From an uncultured Acidobacteriota bacterium (GTDB lineage: Bacteria > Acidobacteriota > UBA6911): a stretch of DNA of 64,000 bases. Below the pieces are notes generated by a model, which worked only from the letters and a program-made list of their open reading frames with translations, did no database searches and had not been told where the DNA came from. The position numbers and the translations under genes are program-made. Below are positions 11,997-22,282 of this stretch, in pieces; position 1 is the stretch's first letter, and each line of letters begins with the position of its first letter. The stretch spans positions 64,001 to 128,000 of the forward strand of contig CAWJKZ010000024.1 in assembly GCA_963843575.1 (NCBI GenBank). Direction: 5' to 3'.

Positions 11997-12785
11997 TTGA
12001 CCGCGCAACCGTTCATCCCCACGACCCGGGATCGCCCTCCGACCCGGCCAAGGCAGCTGGCCGATGCTCTCCTAAACTTGCTCTACCCCGAGTCCTGCTT
12101 CGTCTGCGCCGACGCCGTTGCCCGGCACCAGGACTGCGGCGTGTGCGGGCGCTGCTGGGACAAGCTGCTGCAGCTGCGGATCTCCGCGCCATGGTGCCCG
12201 TCGTGCGGGCTCCCTTTCCAGGGTTTCGATCCCGGCCCCGCGCACCTCTGCTCGGACTGCATTGCCGATCCGCCCCCCTTTTCGGGAGCCCGCTCCTTCG
12301 GATACTACGAAGGCGAACTGAGCCGTGTGATCCGGGAATTCAAGTTCCACGGCAGGCGTAAGCTCGCTTCGCTCCTGGGCCCCTTGGTCGCGGCGGCGGT
12401 ATCGGCGACATGGGAGCGGGAACAGATCGACCTGCTCTGTCCGGTACCCCTGCACCCGAAGCGACGGCATGAGCGCGGATTCAACCAGTCCGAGCTCCTC
12501 GCCCGGTCCATGTCGGAGAGTCTGGGGCTTCCCCTGGTGCCCGGCGTGCTGCGCCGGGCGAGACACACGCCTCCGCAGGTGGGCCTGACCGACCCGGAAC
12601 GGCTGCGCAACGTGCGCGGCGCGTTTCTCGCGCGTCCCGACCTCGCGGCCGGCCGCCGGGTGTTGCTGATCGATGACGTGATGACAACGGGAGCGACGCT
12701 TCGAAACGCCACCAGCGCACTTCTGGCGGGGGGTGCACTGCGGGTAGCCGCCGCCACCCTCGCGCGTGCCGTTCCGCACACGTGA
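11997..12785 (+). CDS. ComF family phosphoribosyltransferase-like protein
   Basis: Zn-ribbon CxxC repeats, RGFNQS, LLIDDVMTTGAT. Confidence 0.92.
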   Translation: MTAQPFIPTTRDRPPTRPRQLADALLNLLYPESCFVCADAVARHQDCGVCGRCWDKLLQLRISAPWCPSCGLPFQGFDPGPAHLCSDCIADPPPFSGARSFGYYEGELSRVIREFKFHGRRKLASLLGPLVAAAVSATWEREQIDLLCPVPLHPKRRHERGFNQSELLARSMSESLGLPLVPGVLRRARHTPPQVGLTDPERLRNVRGAFLARPDLAAGRRVLLIDDVMTTGATLRNATSALLAGGALRVAAATLARAVPHT

Positions 12786-12829
12786 GGCTTCCCGTCCCGG
12801 GTGACGGGCCGGCTTCGCCCGAGGGTTGG

Positions 12830-13234
12830 TTACGGATGAGGTCCGCGGGGGGGACCACTCCTGTGGCGGTCGTCGATTTTGGTTACGATTTCTTCGAAGC
12901 GGGCCTTCTGGTCGTCGCGCAGGATCTGCCTGATCTCCTGCCGCGTCTGCTCGCGGATCGAATCGTACTGCGGGCGGAACTGCTTCGACAACGCGCGGTA
13001 GCGCTCGCGGCTGCGGCCGATGATCTCCTTCAGCTGCTCCTTCTGAGCCGCGTCCATGTCCAGCCCTTGCGCCATCTCGTCGGCGAGGTGGTGTTCGGCA
13101 TTGCGCGAGTTTTGTCGGCGATTTTCGACTGCCGCGACACTTTTCTGGAACAGATAATGACCCAAACTACCTGCAACCAACCCGAAGGCGAACATTACGG
13201 TAAGGAAGAGAGCCGCTCCGGTCTTGGACTTCAT
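12830..13234 (-). CDS. Membrane-anchored helical periplasmic protein (Spy/CpxP/heavy-metal-sensor-like)
   Basis: N-terminal TM segment, LDMDAAQKEQL and IRQILRDDQKARF LTxxQ-like repeats. Confidence 0.6.
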   Translation of the reverse strand: MKSKTGAALFLTVMFAFGLVAGSLGHYLFQKSVAAVENRRQNSRNAEHHLADEMAQGLDMDAAQKEQLKEIIGRSRERYRALSKQFRPQYDSIREQTRQEIRQILRDDQKARFEEIVTKIDDRHRSGPPRGPHP

Positions 13235-13743
13235 CGCGGTCCCCTGTCTGCCGGGGCGCTGTCAAATGGTCGCTCCGGCTCTTCCTCGGCGATCGCGCGC
13301 ACCACGCTGTCGTCGGTGATGTCCCCCTGGTCTGCGATGACCATCCTGTGGGGCTGGTCCGTCGACATGAAGATCCTGTCGTAGGCCTGGTAGACGTCTA
13401 CGGAAGGGTTTGAGAGCTGTTCGTAGGCGAATGCGCCGAGGAGGGCCAACGTCAGCAGGGCCATTGCTGGAACCACCCGATGGGACAACCCGACGAGCAT
13501 CTGCCAGATCGTCAGCCCCTGGGCTTCGCCGCGCAACCGCGCCCGCAAGGAACTGTAGAAGAACGGGGAAACCTCAACCGGCGGAAGGGCCTGCGCAATT
13601 CGACGCGGCAACGTGAGGACTTGGTACTCCTGGCTGCAACCCGGGCAGCCTGCCAGGTGCGCCTCGAGTACCTGCTTCTCGGAGGACTTCAACTCGCCGT
13701 CGATCAACCGGAACAGCCAGTCTCTCGCTGTAGTGCATTCCAT
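13231..13743 (-). CDS. zf-HC2 zinc-binding anti-sigma factor
   Basis: MEC...DGEL...HLAGCPGC (HxxxCxxC) followed by one TM helix. Confidence 0.85.
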   Translation of the reverse strand: MECTTARDWLFRLIDGELKSSEKQVLEAHLAGCPGCSQEYQVLTLPRRIAQALPPVEVSPFFYSSLRARLRGEAQGLTIWQMLVGLSHRVVPAMALLTLALLGAFAYEQLSNPSVDVYQAYDRIFMSTDQPHRMVIADQGDITDDSVVRAIAEEEPERPFDSAPADRGPR

Positions 13744-13867
13744 GTGCAAGCCTCTCGACCAATACTACGCCGACGCCCGCAGATTATTTCATTCTGAGAA
13801 CCTGATCGGCTCCCAGGGCGAGATTCGTCAGCCTGATGTGCCCCGGACGGCTCATGCAAGTTCCTTT

Positions 13868-14899
13868 TTACAGTATGAGCATGCAATCCCCATAGCTGAA
13901 AAAGCGGTACCGTTCGGCCACCGCCTCCCGGTAACAGTCGAGCATCAGCTCGCGTCCAGCCAGCGCGCACACGAGCATATACAAAGTCGATTTCGGCAGG
14001 TGGAAGTTCGTCAGGAGGCCGTCGATGCCCCTGAACTGGAACCCGGGATAGATGAAGAGGTCGCAGAATCCGGCGCTTTCCCTCACGCCCCCGGATGCGG
14101 CGAGGTGTTCCAGGACACGGGTCGTGGTGGTTCCGACCGCAATCAGGCGTTTACCCGCCGACTTGCAGTTTCCGATGGCGGCGGCCGCCGTCGCCCCCAC
14201 CCGGAAATACTCAGGGAGCATGCGGTGGCATTCGATACGTTCCGAGCGGACAGGTTGAAACGTGCCGTAACCGACGTGCAGCAGGATCTCGCAGACCACT
14301 ATCCCTCTATTCTGCAATTGCTTGAAGACATCTTCGGTGAAGTGCAGGCCTGCGGTGGGAGCGGCGACCGAACCACTGTGCGCGGCGTACACTGTCTGGT
14401 AGCGTTCCCGGTCCAGCCTCGAGAGCGACGGAGCCGGGCGGCGGATGTACGGGGGAAGCGGCGTCTCCCCGATCTGCTCGAAGGTGGCCTCGAGGTCCTG
14501 GGTTCCCTCAAAGCGGATGAGCCGGGCGCCTTCAGTCAGGACTCGTTCAACACGGACCGTCAACCCCCCGATTTCCAGGACCCCGCCGGCGGGGGCCTTC
14601 CGGGCAGGCTTCAAGAGCGCGATCCATAGCCGCGGCGCCTCCTCCCGTACAAGCAGGACTTCGATGCGCTCGTCCCTCCCGGCCCGGCGGGCGCGCAGAC
14701 GGGCCGGGAACACCCGCGTGTTGTTCAAAACCAGAAAGTGCTGAGGGCCCAGGATATCGGGCAGATCACGGAATTCCCTGTGTTCGCGGGCTCCCGTGTC
14801 GCGGCGCACGACGAGCAGCTTCGATCGGTCGCGCATGGGCGCCGGCTCCTGCGCGATGAGGTCTTCAGGCAAGGGAAAGTCAAAATCGGCGAGCTGCAC
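13868..14899 (-). CDS. queA: S-adenosylmethionine:tRNA ribosyltransferase-isomerase
   Basis: LPEDLIAQEP, PLPPYI, SVAAPTAGLHF, TNFHLPKST, RYRFFSYGD. Confidence 0.98.
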   Translation of the reverse strand: MQLADFDFPLPEDLIAQEPAPMRDRSKLLVVRRDTGAREHREFRDLPDILGPQHFLVLNNTRVFPARLRARRAGRDERIEVLLVREEAPRLWIALLKPARKAPAGGVLEIGGLTVRVERVLTEGARLIRFEGTQDLEATFEQIGETPLPPYIRRPAPSLSRLDRERYQTVYAAHSGSVAAPTAGLHFTEDVFKQLQNRGIVVCEILLHVGYGTFQPVRSERIECHRMLPEYFRVGATAAAAIGNCKSAGKRLIAVGTTTTRVLEHLAASGGVRESAGFCDLFIYPGFQFRGIDGLLTNFHLPKSTLYMLVCALAGRELMLDCYREAVAERYRFFSYGDCMLIL

Positions 14900-14906
14900 G
14901 CCACAC

Positions 14907-15824
14907 CTATCCGTTCGGGCGCCGAAACTGGCGGATTCTTCGTTCCGGCGCTGCGCCGTCAGCTGGCAGTTCGGGGCGGGAGCCTGTTTCGTCCGGAGAA
15001 GGCCGGTGCAGCTTTGCCGAGAAGTTTGCCCCGTACAGCATGATCAGGTTCGACGTGTACACCCAGGTGAGGAGCGCGATGATCGCTCCCGTCCGGCCGT
15101 ACACTCTCTGGTAGTCAAAATAAGGGACGAGCTTGGCAAATATGTAGCTTCCGGCATCCCAGAGGAGGGCGGAGACAAACCCTCCCGAAACTGCTTCGAG
15201 CCACAGCACTTTCCGGTCCGGCATGAGCTTGAAAATCAGCGTAAAAACCATCACGGCCACGACGAAACCGGCTGCGAGCAGGATGGACGACCAGAACCAG
15301 TCGATGACTGTTCGAGAGATGTGAACCGTTGAACGGGACCGCGCCGCTCCCACGACGATAGTGATCCCGGCGGAGGCCAGAAGGAAAAACCCGGCTATTA
15401 CGAGCAACCCGATGCTGCGCACGCGGCTTTCCCAGAACGTGCGCCGCCGTTCGACTCCCCAGGCGAGATTCAAGGCGTTCTCGATGAAGGTGAAGAGCCA
15501 GGTCGACGACCAGATCACCACCAGAATGCAGGAGAGGACCACCGCCGGCGACAGGTCCGTGATCTCCGCGAGGTTCTGGGCCAACAGGGCGCGCGACCCG
15601 GGGAACAGGGCGAGGATGCGCTGAACTACCGTGTCGTGCAGATCGATCCAGCCCAGAAAGGCGTCCACCAGGGCGATCAGCACCAGCATGGCGGGGAACA
15701 GGGCAAACAGGCTGAAATAAGAGATGGCTGCCGCATCCCGCGGGTTTGCGGCGTTCAGCATGGCGTGCGAGGCTTCGACCAGGGCAACCGTGGCCCGCCT
15801 GACGTTCGGTCTGCGTTTGGCCAT
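14907..15824 (-). CDS. YihY/BrkB family membrane protein
   Basis: AAAISYFSLFALFP, about 6 TM helices, YG..GAIIALLTWVY. Confidence 0.88.
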   Translation of the reverse strand: MAKRRPNVRRATVALVEASHAMLNAANPRDAAAISYFSLFALFPAMLVLIALVDAFLGWIDLHDTVVQRILALFPGSRALLAQNLAEITDLSPAVVLSCILVVIWSSTWLFTFIENALNLAWGVERRRTFWESRVRSIGLLVIAGFFLLASAGITIVVGAARSRSTVHISRTVIDWFWSSILLAAGFVVAVMVFTLIFKLMPDRKVLWLEAVSGGFVSALLWDAGSYIFAKLVPYFDYQRVYGRTGAIIALLTWVYTSNLIMLYGANFSAKLHRPSPDETGSRPELPADGAAPERRIRQFRRPNG

Positions 15825-15942
15825 CCCTACTAGTCTATGGGTTTCTCAGCCGGGAGTAAATGCTCCGGGCACCCCGCCGCAGACTCGAACACCCCAAGCG
15901 ACCGCCCAGTCCGGCCGCCCCTTCACTCCACGGCGGCTACCT

Positions 15943-15971
15943 TTGACAAGGTGCGGCACGAGGCCTAATAT
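15943..15971 (+). promoter_or_regulatory. sigma70-like promoter for the C26 peptidase-folE-mscS operon
   Basis: TTGACA-N17-TAATAT upstream of ATG 16018. Confidence 0.6.
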
Positions 15972-16017
15972 AGTGAGTTCCGATCTGAACAAATATACTT
16001 TCTTCTATGGTTTACGC

Positions 16018-16791
16018 ATGAAGGTCCCATTCGCCGCCAGCCCCGTCATCGGAATGCCCGTCCGGATGGACCCGGGGACCGAGAGGCAGTACCTGAGCCG
16101 CTTTTACCCCGACGCCGTTGCGGCGGCGGGGGGTGTCCCGTTATTGCTCCCGTTGCTGAGAGATCCTGGACACCTCGGGGCGGCGGCCGGCGCCTTCGAT
16201 GGAATCCTCCTGACGGGGAACAACGCGGACGTCGATCCGGCGCGATACGGCGCGGCCCGGGAAGCGGCCTGCGGACCGTTGCAGCCGCTGCGCGATCAGA
16301 CTGATTTTGCCCTGCTCGAGGCCGCTCGTCGGGCACGCATCCCGGTTCTGGCGATCTGTTACGGCATCCAATCCTTGAACGTCTTCATGGGGGGATCGCT
16401 GATCCAGGACATCCCTTCGTACATCGGGGGCGCCGTGCGTCACAGCCAACCCCGGGCTCGGTACGCGCATTCCGTCGATTTTGCGTCCGGCTCGCTGCTG
16501 AACCAGCTGGCCGAAGCGGGCGGCGCCCGGGTCAACAGCACCCACCATCAGGCGCTGGAACGCGTCGGCGACGGTCTGGAAGTAATCGCCCGAGCGCCGG
16601 ATGGGGTCGTTGAGGCGGTGGCGGGCACACAGACGGAGCAGTGGATTCTGGGGGTGCAGTGGCATCCAGAAAAGAGCCTTGAACATGACGAACTTTCCAG
16701 AAGAATTTTCGGAGCCTTCCTCGAGCAATGCCGGCGTCGTCGAGCCCACAATGAAGGAGCTCGTTCGGAAGCTTCTAGAGCAGGTAGGTGA
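16018..16791 (+). CDS. Peptidase C26 / gamma-glutamyl hydrolase (PuuD-like) class I glutamine amidotransferase
   Basis: [16 protein letters not shown] nucleophile elbow, VNSTHHQ, GVQWHPE. Confidence 0.9.
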   Translation: MKVPFAASPVIGMPVRMDPGTERQYLSRFYPDAVAAAGGVPLLLPLLRDPGHLGAAAGAFDGILLTGNNADVDPARYGAAREAACGPLQPLRDQTDFALLEAARRARIPVLAICYGIQSLNVFMGGSLIQDIPSYIGGAVRHSQPRARYAHSVDFASGSLLNQLAEAGGARVNSTHHQALERVGDGLEVIARAPDGVVEAVAGTQTEQWILGVQWHPEKSLEHDELSRRIFGAFLEQCRRRRAHNEGARSEASRAGR

Positions 16792-17299
16792 GAATCCCGA
16801 CCGGGATGGTCTGCGCGGGACGCCGCAGCGGTTTGAGGAAGCGATGCGCTTCCTGACGGGCGGCTATACGCAGGATGTCGACAAAGTCCTCAACAACGCG
16901 CTGTTCGACGTGAAGTACGACGAGATGGTCATCGTCTCCGACATCGACTTCTACAGCCTCTGCGAGCACCACCTTCTTCCCTTCTTCGGCAAGTGCCACG
17001 TGGCCTATCTCCCAAACAAGAAGGTGATCGGACTGAGCAAGATCGCGCGGCTCGTCGAGGTGTTCAGCCGGAGATTGCAGGTGCAGGAGCGTCTGACGAC
17101 CCAGATCGCCGAGACCATCCAGCAGAAAATCAACCCCTTCGGCGTGGGGGTCGTCGTCGAAGCGCAACACATGTGCATGCTCATGCGTGGCGTCGAGAAG
17201 CAGAATTCCCGTGCGGTGACGAGCTCCATGCTGGGTGCCTTCCTGCGGGAGGAGACACGGCTGGAGTTTCTCGACCTGGTTTTCAAGAGCAGGCGTTGA
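16751..17299 (+). CDS. folE: GTP cyclohydrolase I
   Basis: [28 protein letters not shown]. Confidence 0.97.
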   Translation: MKELVRKLLEQVGENPDRDGLRGTPQRFEEAMRFLTGGYTQDVDKVLNNALFDVKYDEMVIVSDIDFYSLCEHHLLPFFGKCHVAYLPNKKVIGLSKIARLVEVFSRRLQVQERLTTQIAETIQQKINPFGVGVVVEAQHMCMLMRGVEKQNSRAVTSSMLGAFLREETRLEFLDLVFKSRR

Positions 17300-17313
17300 C
17301 GCGGAGGGTGTTG

Positions 17314-18390
17314 ATGGCGGGCTGGGCCTGGAATCTGCTGTCGGGCATCGACCGGGATTGGAGAGAGGCTCTCCTGACCTGCCTTGTCCTGCTGGTCGCC
17401 TGGCTGGCGGCGCAGGTATACGTTTTCGTGATCGACCACGTCGCCCGGCGCCTGGCGTCGCGCACCTCCTCGAGCCTCGACGACAAGATTCTCCTCGTCG
17501 TGCGCCGGCCGGGCTTCGTCATCATCGTGCTGATCGGGGTCTATGCCGCCGTCCACCGGTATCAGTTCCGGCTCAGGGGCGTATTCGACGGCGCCCTGTT
17601 CGTGCTCGCCGTGCTGGTCGTTTTCTACTGTCTCCTCGCGGTTCTCGGCGTGTTGCTCGAGTGGTGGGGCGAGAAACTGCTGCGCGACCGACCGGGTGAA
17701 AACGTGGCCGGCGATCTCCTGCCCATCACGGAGAAGTTCCTCAAGATCGTCCTGATCGTGATCGCGACGATCATGGTGCTCGATCACTTCGCCATCGACG
17801 TCAAGTCGATCCTGGTGACCCTCGGGCTGGGCAGCCTTGCGATTGGTCTTGCGCTGCAGGACACGCTGGCGAACATGTTCGGCGGCTTCACCATCATGAT
17901 CGACCGGCCGTTCCGGGTCGGCGACCGGATCCAGCTTCAGACGGGTGAAGTCGGCGACGTCAAGACCATCGGCATCCGCAGCACGACCGTGCAGATGCTC
18001 GACAGCAACCTGCTGATCGTCCCGAACTCCCTGCTGGTGAAAAACGCCATCATCAACCACTCCTACCCCGACGCCAGGGCGCAGGTCGTCATTGACGTGG
18101 GGGTGGCCTACGGGACCAACCTCGCCAGGGTGAAAGAGATCCTGCTCGAGGCTGCCCGCAGACATCCTGAGGTCCTCGACCAGCCCCCGCCGTCGGTGTT
18201 TTTCAAGGCGTTCGGCGACTTTGCGCTGCAGTTCGTAGTCATCTGCTACGCCAAGAGCTTTCGCAGTGTCCTGGCTGTGAAGGACGCCGTCAACTCGGAC
18301 GTGAACGAGCGATTCGAGAAGGAGGGGATCGTCATTCCCTATCCTGTCCAGACGCTGCAGTTCGCCAACCCTCCCGCCCCCAAACCGTAG
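17314..18390 (+). CDS. MscS family mechanosensitive channel
   Basis: TM region then GLALQDTLANMFGG, PFRVGD, IPYP. Confidence 0.93.
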   Translation: MAGWAWNLLSGIDRDWREALLTCLVLLVAWLAAQVYVFVIDHVARRLASRTSSSLDDKILLVVRRPGFVIIVLIGVYAAVHRYQFRLRGVFDGALFVLAVLVVFYCLLAVLGVLLEWWGEKLLRDRPGENVAGDLLPITEKFLKIVLIVIATIMVLDHFAIDVKSILVTLGLGSLAIGLALQDTLANMFGGFTIMIDRPFRVGDRIQLQTGEVGDVKTIGIRSTTVQMLDSNLLIVPNSLLVKNAIINHSYPDARAQVVIDVGVAYGTNLARVKEILLEAARRHPEVLDQPPPSVFFKAFGDFALQFVVICYAKSFRSVLAVKDAVNSDVNERFEKEGIVIPYPVQTLQFANPPAPKP

Positions 18391-18406
18391 GAACCTAAAC
18401 GACATG

Positions 18407-18512
18407 TGGAGTGCTGCGCCTGGGCGCCGCGCCGAATTGCGGGAGGCGACCGGTCAGGCTCGTGGTGGCGCCGAGGCGCCACCACCAAAGCGGCGTCGAG
18501 CCGCCGCACTCC
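18407..18512. repeat. REP-like inverted repeat pair between convergent mscS and sppA
   Basis: TGGAGTGCTGCGCCTGGGCGCCGC ... GCGGCGTCGAGCCGCCGCACTCCA imperfect inverted arms. Confidence 0.6.
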
Positions 18513-18515
18513 ATG

Positions 18516-20141
18516 TTACCGGATGCGGATCTGGAAGGGCATCCAGAGCAGGACGGTGTTTTCCGCGAGGTGCTGCAGGGTCGTGCACGCGTCGATCGAG
18601 GGCTGCGGCATCCAGGCCGAGAACTGAGGGGAGAAATCCGGCACGAGCATCTCGCGCAGGCGGCGCCGGCGCTGGTAGTGGGCGACCCGGACCCGTTTCG
18701 CCTCGGGGATTCCTGCCAGGCGCCGGGCTTCGCCGACCGCTTCCTCGATGCCCCCGATCCAGTCCACCAGTCCGAGTTCCCGGGCACGCACCCCGCTCCA
18801 GACGCGGCCGCGGCCGGCTCGGTCCACGTCCTGTTCGGTCATTTTGCGGCCAGCTGCGACTTTCTTGACGAAGTCTTCGCGATAGAATTCGTCGAGTTGG
18901 CGCTGCAGGCGCTCCATCTCCGCTGGAGAAAACGGGGCGAAGGGGGAATCGTATTCCGCGTGGTCGCCTCGGCGTAGCGCCTCCCTGTGCACGGACAGCC
19001 GCGCCATGAGGTGGCGGGCGACGACTTTCCCGCCGAGGACGCCGATGGAGCCGGTGACCGTCGTGGGTTCGGCCAGGATGATGCTCCCCGGGGCGGCGAT
19101 GTAGTAGCCGCCGGAGGCGGCCACGTCACCGAAGCTCACCACCAGCGGCTTGGCCTGGGCCAGCAGCGAGAGTTCGCGCCACAGTTCGTCGGAGGCGACG
19201 CCGGTGCCGCCCGGAGAATCCACCCTCAGGACGACCGCCTTGACGCGGCGGGATTTGCGGGCGTGTTCGATGAAGCTCCCCAGGGTCTCGGCCCCCGCGA
19301 TGTGTCGGCCGGCGTGGTCCCTGCGGATCTCCCCCCCGGCTATCGTCCCCAGCACGTCGATGACCCCGATGCGCGGCCGGTTCCAGGTGAGCAGCCTCCG
19401 GACGAAACCGCTCCGGTCCAGGTAATGCTCAGGTCCGACATACGCGAGCGCGCGTCCCACCGCCTCATTGAGTTTTTCCTCGAGCTCGTCCGGGTAGCAG
19501 ACCCCGTCGAGCAGTTTCAGGCCCGCGGCCTCCCGCGCACCGTACGGGCCCGCATCGACGAGTTCCCCCACGCCCTCCGGGGTGAGTCCGCGCCCCGAGG
19601 CGAGGGCTCCGCGGAATTCCCGGCTGAAATCGTCCAGCAGCGCCTCCATCTGCTCGCGTGCCGGCGCCGACATGCCGGTGCGGGTGAGCATCTCCGCCGC
19701 CGACTTGAATTCACCGATGGAGCTGACCTGCGCCTCGACCCCCAGGCGGTCGAGCACGTCCCGGAAGAAGAACACCTCCGATGCCAGCCCCACCAGGTGC
19801 AGGCTCGCCGCGGGCGGCATGTACACGCGGTCGCAAGCGCTCGCGACGTAGTACTCGCCGTTGCCGCCGCTCGCGATGAAGGAGTAAACCGGCTTCCCGG
19901 CTTCCCTGAATTTCAGCAGCGCGCGGCGCAGGTCGCTCAGCTGCGCCCATCCGGCGGACAGGTTCTCCATCGTCAGCAGCACCGCCGCCACCCGGGGACT
20001 GCGCGCCGCGTTCGCCAGGACCCTCAGGAGGTCGTGGAGCGCCGTTCTCTTTTTCCGGCTGAACAGCCCGTGTTCCGGGCGCCCCTCTACGATTTCCTCC
20101 TTCAGTGACAATTTCACGCAGTGAGGTTTTCTTTTTTTCAC
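18516..20141 (-). CDS. sppA: Signal peptide peptidase SppA (two-domain type)
   Basis: Tandem S49 domains, RVDSPGG, AASGGYY, TGSIGV, GRVWSG; GTG start at 20141 inferred. Confidence 0.92.
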   Translation of the reverse strand: MKKRKPHCVKLSLKEEIVEGRPEHGLFSRKKRTALHDLLRVLANAARSPRVAAVLLTMENLSAGWAQLSDLRRALLKFREAGKPVYSFIASGGNGEYYVASACDRVYMPPAASLHLVGLASEVFFFRDVLDRLGVEAQVSSIGEFKSAAEMLTRTGMSAPAREQMEALLDDFSREFRGALASGRGLTPEGVGELVDAGPYGAREAAGLKLLDGVCYPDELEEKLNEAVGRALAYVGPEHYLDRSGFVRRLLTWNRPRIGVIDVLGTIAGGEIRRDHAGRHIAGAETLGSFIEHARKSRRVKAVVLRVDSPGGTGVASDELWRELSLLAQAKPLVVSFGDVAASGGYYIAAPGSIILAEPTTVTGSIGVLGGKVVARHLMARLSVHREALRRGDHAEYDSPFAPFSPAEMERLQRQLDEFYREDFVKKVAAGRKMTEQDVDRAGRGRVWSGVRARELGLVDWIGGIEEAVGEARRLAGIPEAKRVRVAHYQRRRRLREMLVPDFSPQFSAWMPQPSIDACTTLQHLAENTVLLWMPFQIRIR

Positions 20142-21454
20142 TCGCTCCTCCGCCACGGTAACCTGTCGAGCAGGGGACCCCCGCGGGAAACCTCCCACAC
20201 CATCAAAGCGTACATCGGCAGGTATTCCACGAGAAGCACCCAGCCCGGCTCGTACACGGGCCGATACTGGTATGCCATGTAGGACAGGAACGAGGAGCCC
20301 GTCCAATAGAGCATGAATGCATACGGAAACACGGGCAGCGCCAGCGCCGCCCAGGAGATGTACCACGGGTGGACGGTGGTTGCGAGGCAGAGGTCCGCGG
20401 TCATGATCCAGAAGGCGGCGTGCAGCAGCGAACGCGCGTCGCCCGCCGGGAAACGGCGCCAGATCAGGGCGGAGGCAGCCACGAGGGCCGCCCCGAGATA
20501 GACGCCCGTCGTCTGGTCCCAGCACGCGCCGAAAACCTCAAGCCCTATGTAGCGCAGGAGGTAGTGAATGCCCGCGTTGAACTCGAAGAGGCGATAGTAG
20601 AGGCGAAGCGAGGTCATGTAGTCGAGCAGGGTGCGCGGCGTGAAAAAAAGCGCCGAAACCGCCAGCCCCGCCGCGACGCCGGCCAGGCACGCCCGCCACC
20701 CGGCGCGGCGGTGATACAGCGGAAACCACAGGGCGGGGTGCAGCTTGGACAAGACCGCCCCGGCGTAGCTGACCAGGGACCAGGAGGCCTTTCCCCGGTG
20801 CAGCAGCAGTACGGAAAGCAGGGCGAAGAAGAGCATCGCGCTGTCGGAGTGGCCGGAGTGCGAGAACTCGAAAATGAAGAACGGATTCCAGGCCACCAGG
20901 AGCAGCGGCTCCAGCGGCTGTCGGAACGCCACGAGCAGGCGCCAGGCGACGAGGAGCGCCAGGAACTCGAACGCGCTGAAGACGGCCTTCATGGGAAATA
21001 CGGCGTCCCCGAACAGGGAGTAGGTACCGCGGAACAGGAGTTGAGACAGCGGGGGGTAGGCCGTCACGTAGGGCTTCGAGTTGAGCATCGGGTAGACCGT
21101 CCCGTCGCGAAACGCCGACAGCTCGGAAGCCTCCGGGGGGTAACGGAACGGGTCGACGCCGTGCGCCGCCAGCTTCCCGTCCCAGAGATACCGGTAGACG
21201 TCCTCGCTCTGGTCCGGGGACGCAGGCAGTACCGTCAGGCGGAACAGGAGCGCGAAACCGAGGATGAGATAGACGGAACGGCGGTCCGGCAGTCTGACGA
21301 CCGCGTAAGCCAGCACGCAGCCGGCAAAGGCCGTCAGCATCAGGAAGAGAAAGGCGGGGGTGTGGGCGCGCAGGGGGCCGACGTGCCAGATCGCCAGCCA
21401 GAGCGATTCCAGCAATCCGCCAAAAAGCCAGATCAATCCCCAACGCCTCGGCAC
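20138..21454 (-). CDS. GT-C fold membrane glycosyltransferase (GT87/DUF2029-like)
   Basis: SEDVYRYLWDG, YPP, WNP...GHSD, HPWY motifs; many TM helices; start approximate. Confidence 0.8.
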   Translation of the reverse strand: MPRRWGLIWLFGGLLESLWLAIWHVGPLRAHTPAFLFLMLTAFAGCVLAYAVVRLPDRRSVYLILGFALLFRLTVLPASPDQSEDVYRYLWDGKLAAHGVDPFRYPPEASELSAFRDGTVYPMLNSKPYVTAYPPLSQLLFRGTYSLFGDAVFPMKAVFSAFEFLALLVAWRLLVAFRQPLEPLLLVAWNPFFIFEFSHSGHSDSAMLFFALLSVLLLHRGKASWSLVSYAGAVLSKLHPALWFPLYHRRAGWRACLAGVAAGLAVSALFFTPRTLLDYMTSLRLYYRLFEFNAGIHYLLRYIGLEVFGACWDQTTGVYLGAALVAASALIWRRFPAGDARSLLHAAFWIMTADLCLATTVHPWYISWAALALPVFPYAFMLYWTGSSFLSYMAYQYRPVYEPGWVLLVEYLPMYALMVWEVSRGGPLLDRLPWRRSE

Positions 21455-21605
21455 GGCGATCAATATAGCACCAACGGTGGGCAGCGTCGGGGATCCTGCC
21501 GGGGCGCACGCGGGACTCCCGGCGGTGGGTCCCTGTCCGACGGCGGCCGCCCCGGGCGAACGCAGCGTCAGATGAAGGAGGGCCCCGCGGAATGCCCTAC
21601 GTCCC

Positions 21606-21630
21606 GGGCCGCGTCGGCCCGACGCGGCCC
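21606..21630. repeat. REP-like palindrome family A
   Basis: GGGCCGCGTCGGCCCGACGCGGCCC, identical to 45918-45942. Confidence 0.7.
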
Positions 21631-21805
21631 GCTTCATTCGCCCGCCGTAATTTATTGAGTCTTGAAGAGATATGAGTCCTGCAAGATCGGGAAATCCGCT
21701 TGACCGACGGTGCGCCGCTGTGGTAGGTTTCTTTTTCTTTTTCTCAGGTGAATTTCCAGTTGGGCTTGGATTTCAGCGCGGTGGATCGCGCGGGCTCTTA
21801 TTCGC

Positions 21806-22231
21806 ATGATTAGTCTGGACAGCTCTATTATTTGGGCCATAGTGATTTTTCTGTGTCTCGTTACCGCACTGAATTATCTGCTGTTTCGGCCCCTCCTCAG
21901 GGTTCAGGCAGAAAGAGAGAGCAGGACTACGGGGCTGATGGATCGGACCCGCAAGCAGCTCGATCATCACCTGGACCTCTTCAATCGGTACCAGGCCGCC
22001 CTCAAGAACGGCCGCATGGAGGGGTACCGCCGCCAGGAAGAGCTGCGTTCAGACGCGATGCGACGGCGAGCCCAGAAGCTCGACCAGGCGCGCACGGAAG
22101 CCGGGCAAATGATCGACGAATCCCGCGAAGCGATCCGCGCCCAAGTGGACGTGGCGAAGGATCAGCTCGGACGGGAGGCTGACGACATTGCGCGCGGCAT
22201 CGCGGCGAGCCTGTTGCAGCGGTCAGCCTAG
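21806..22231 (+). CDS. ATP synthase F0 subunit b'
   Basis: N-terminal TM segment (LNYLLFRPL) plus coiled coil; first gene of the atp operon. Confidence 0.88.
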   Translation: MISLDSSIIWAIVIFLCLVTALNYLLFRPLLRVQAERESRTTGLMDRTRKQLDHHLDLFNRYQAALKNGRMEGYRRQEELRSDAMRRRAQKLDQARTEAGQMIDESREAIRAQVDVAKDQLGREADDIARGIAASLLQRSA

Positions 22232-22282
22232 GCCCACGCCGGCCGGGCGCTCCGGGTCGCGAGTCGTCCCCAGAGATTTTGC

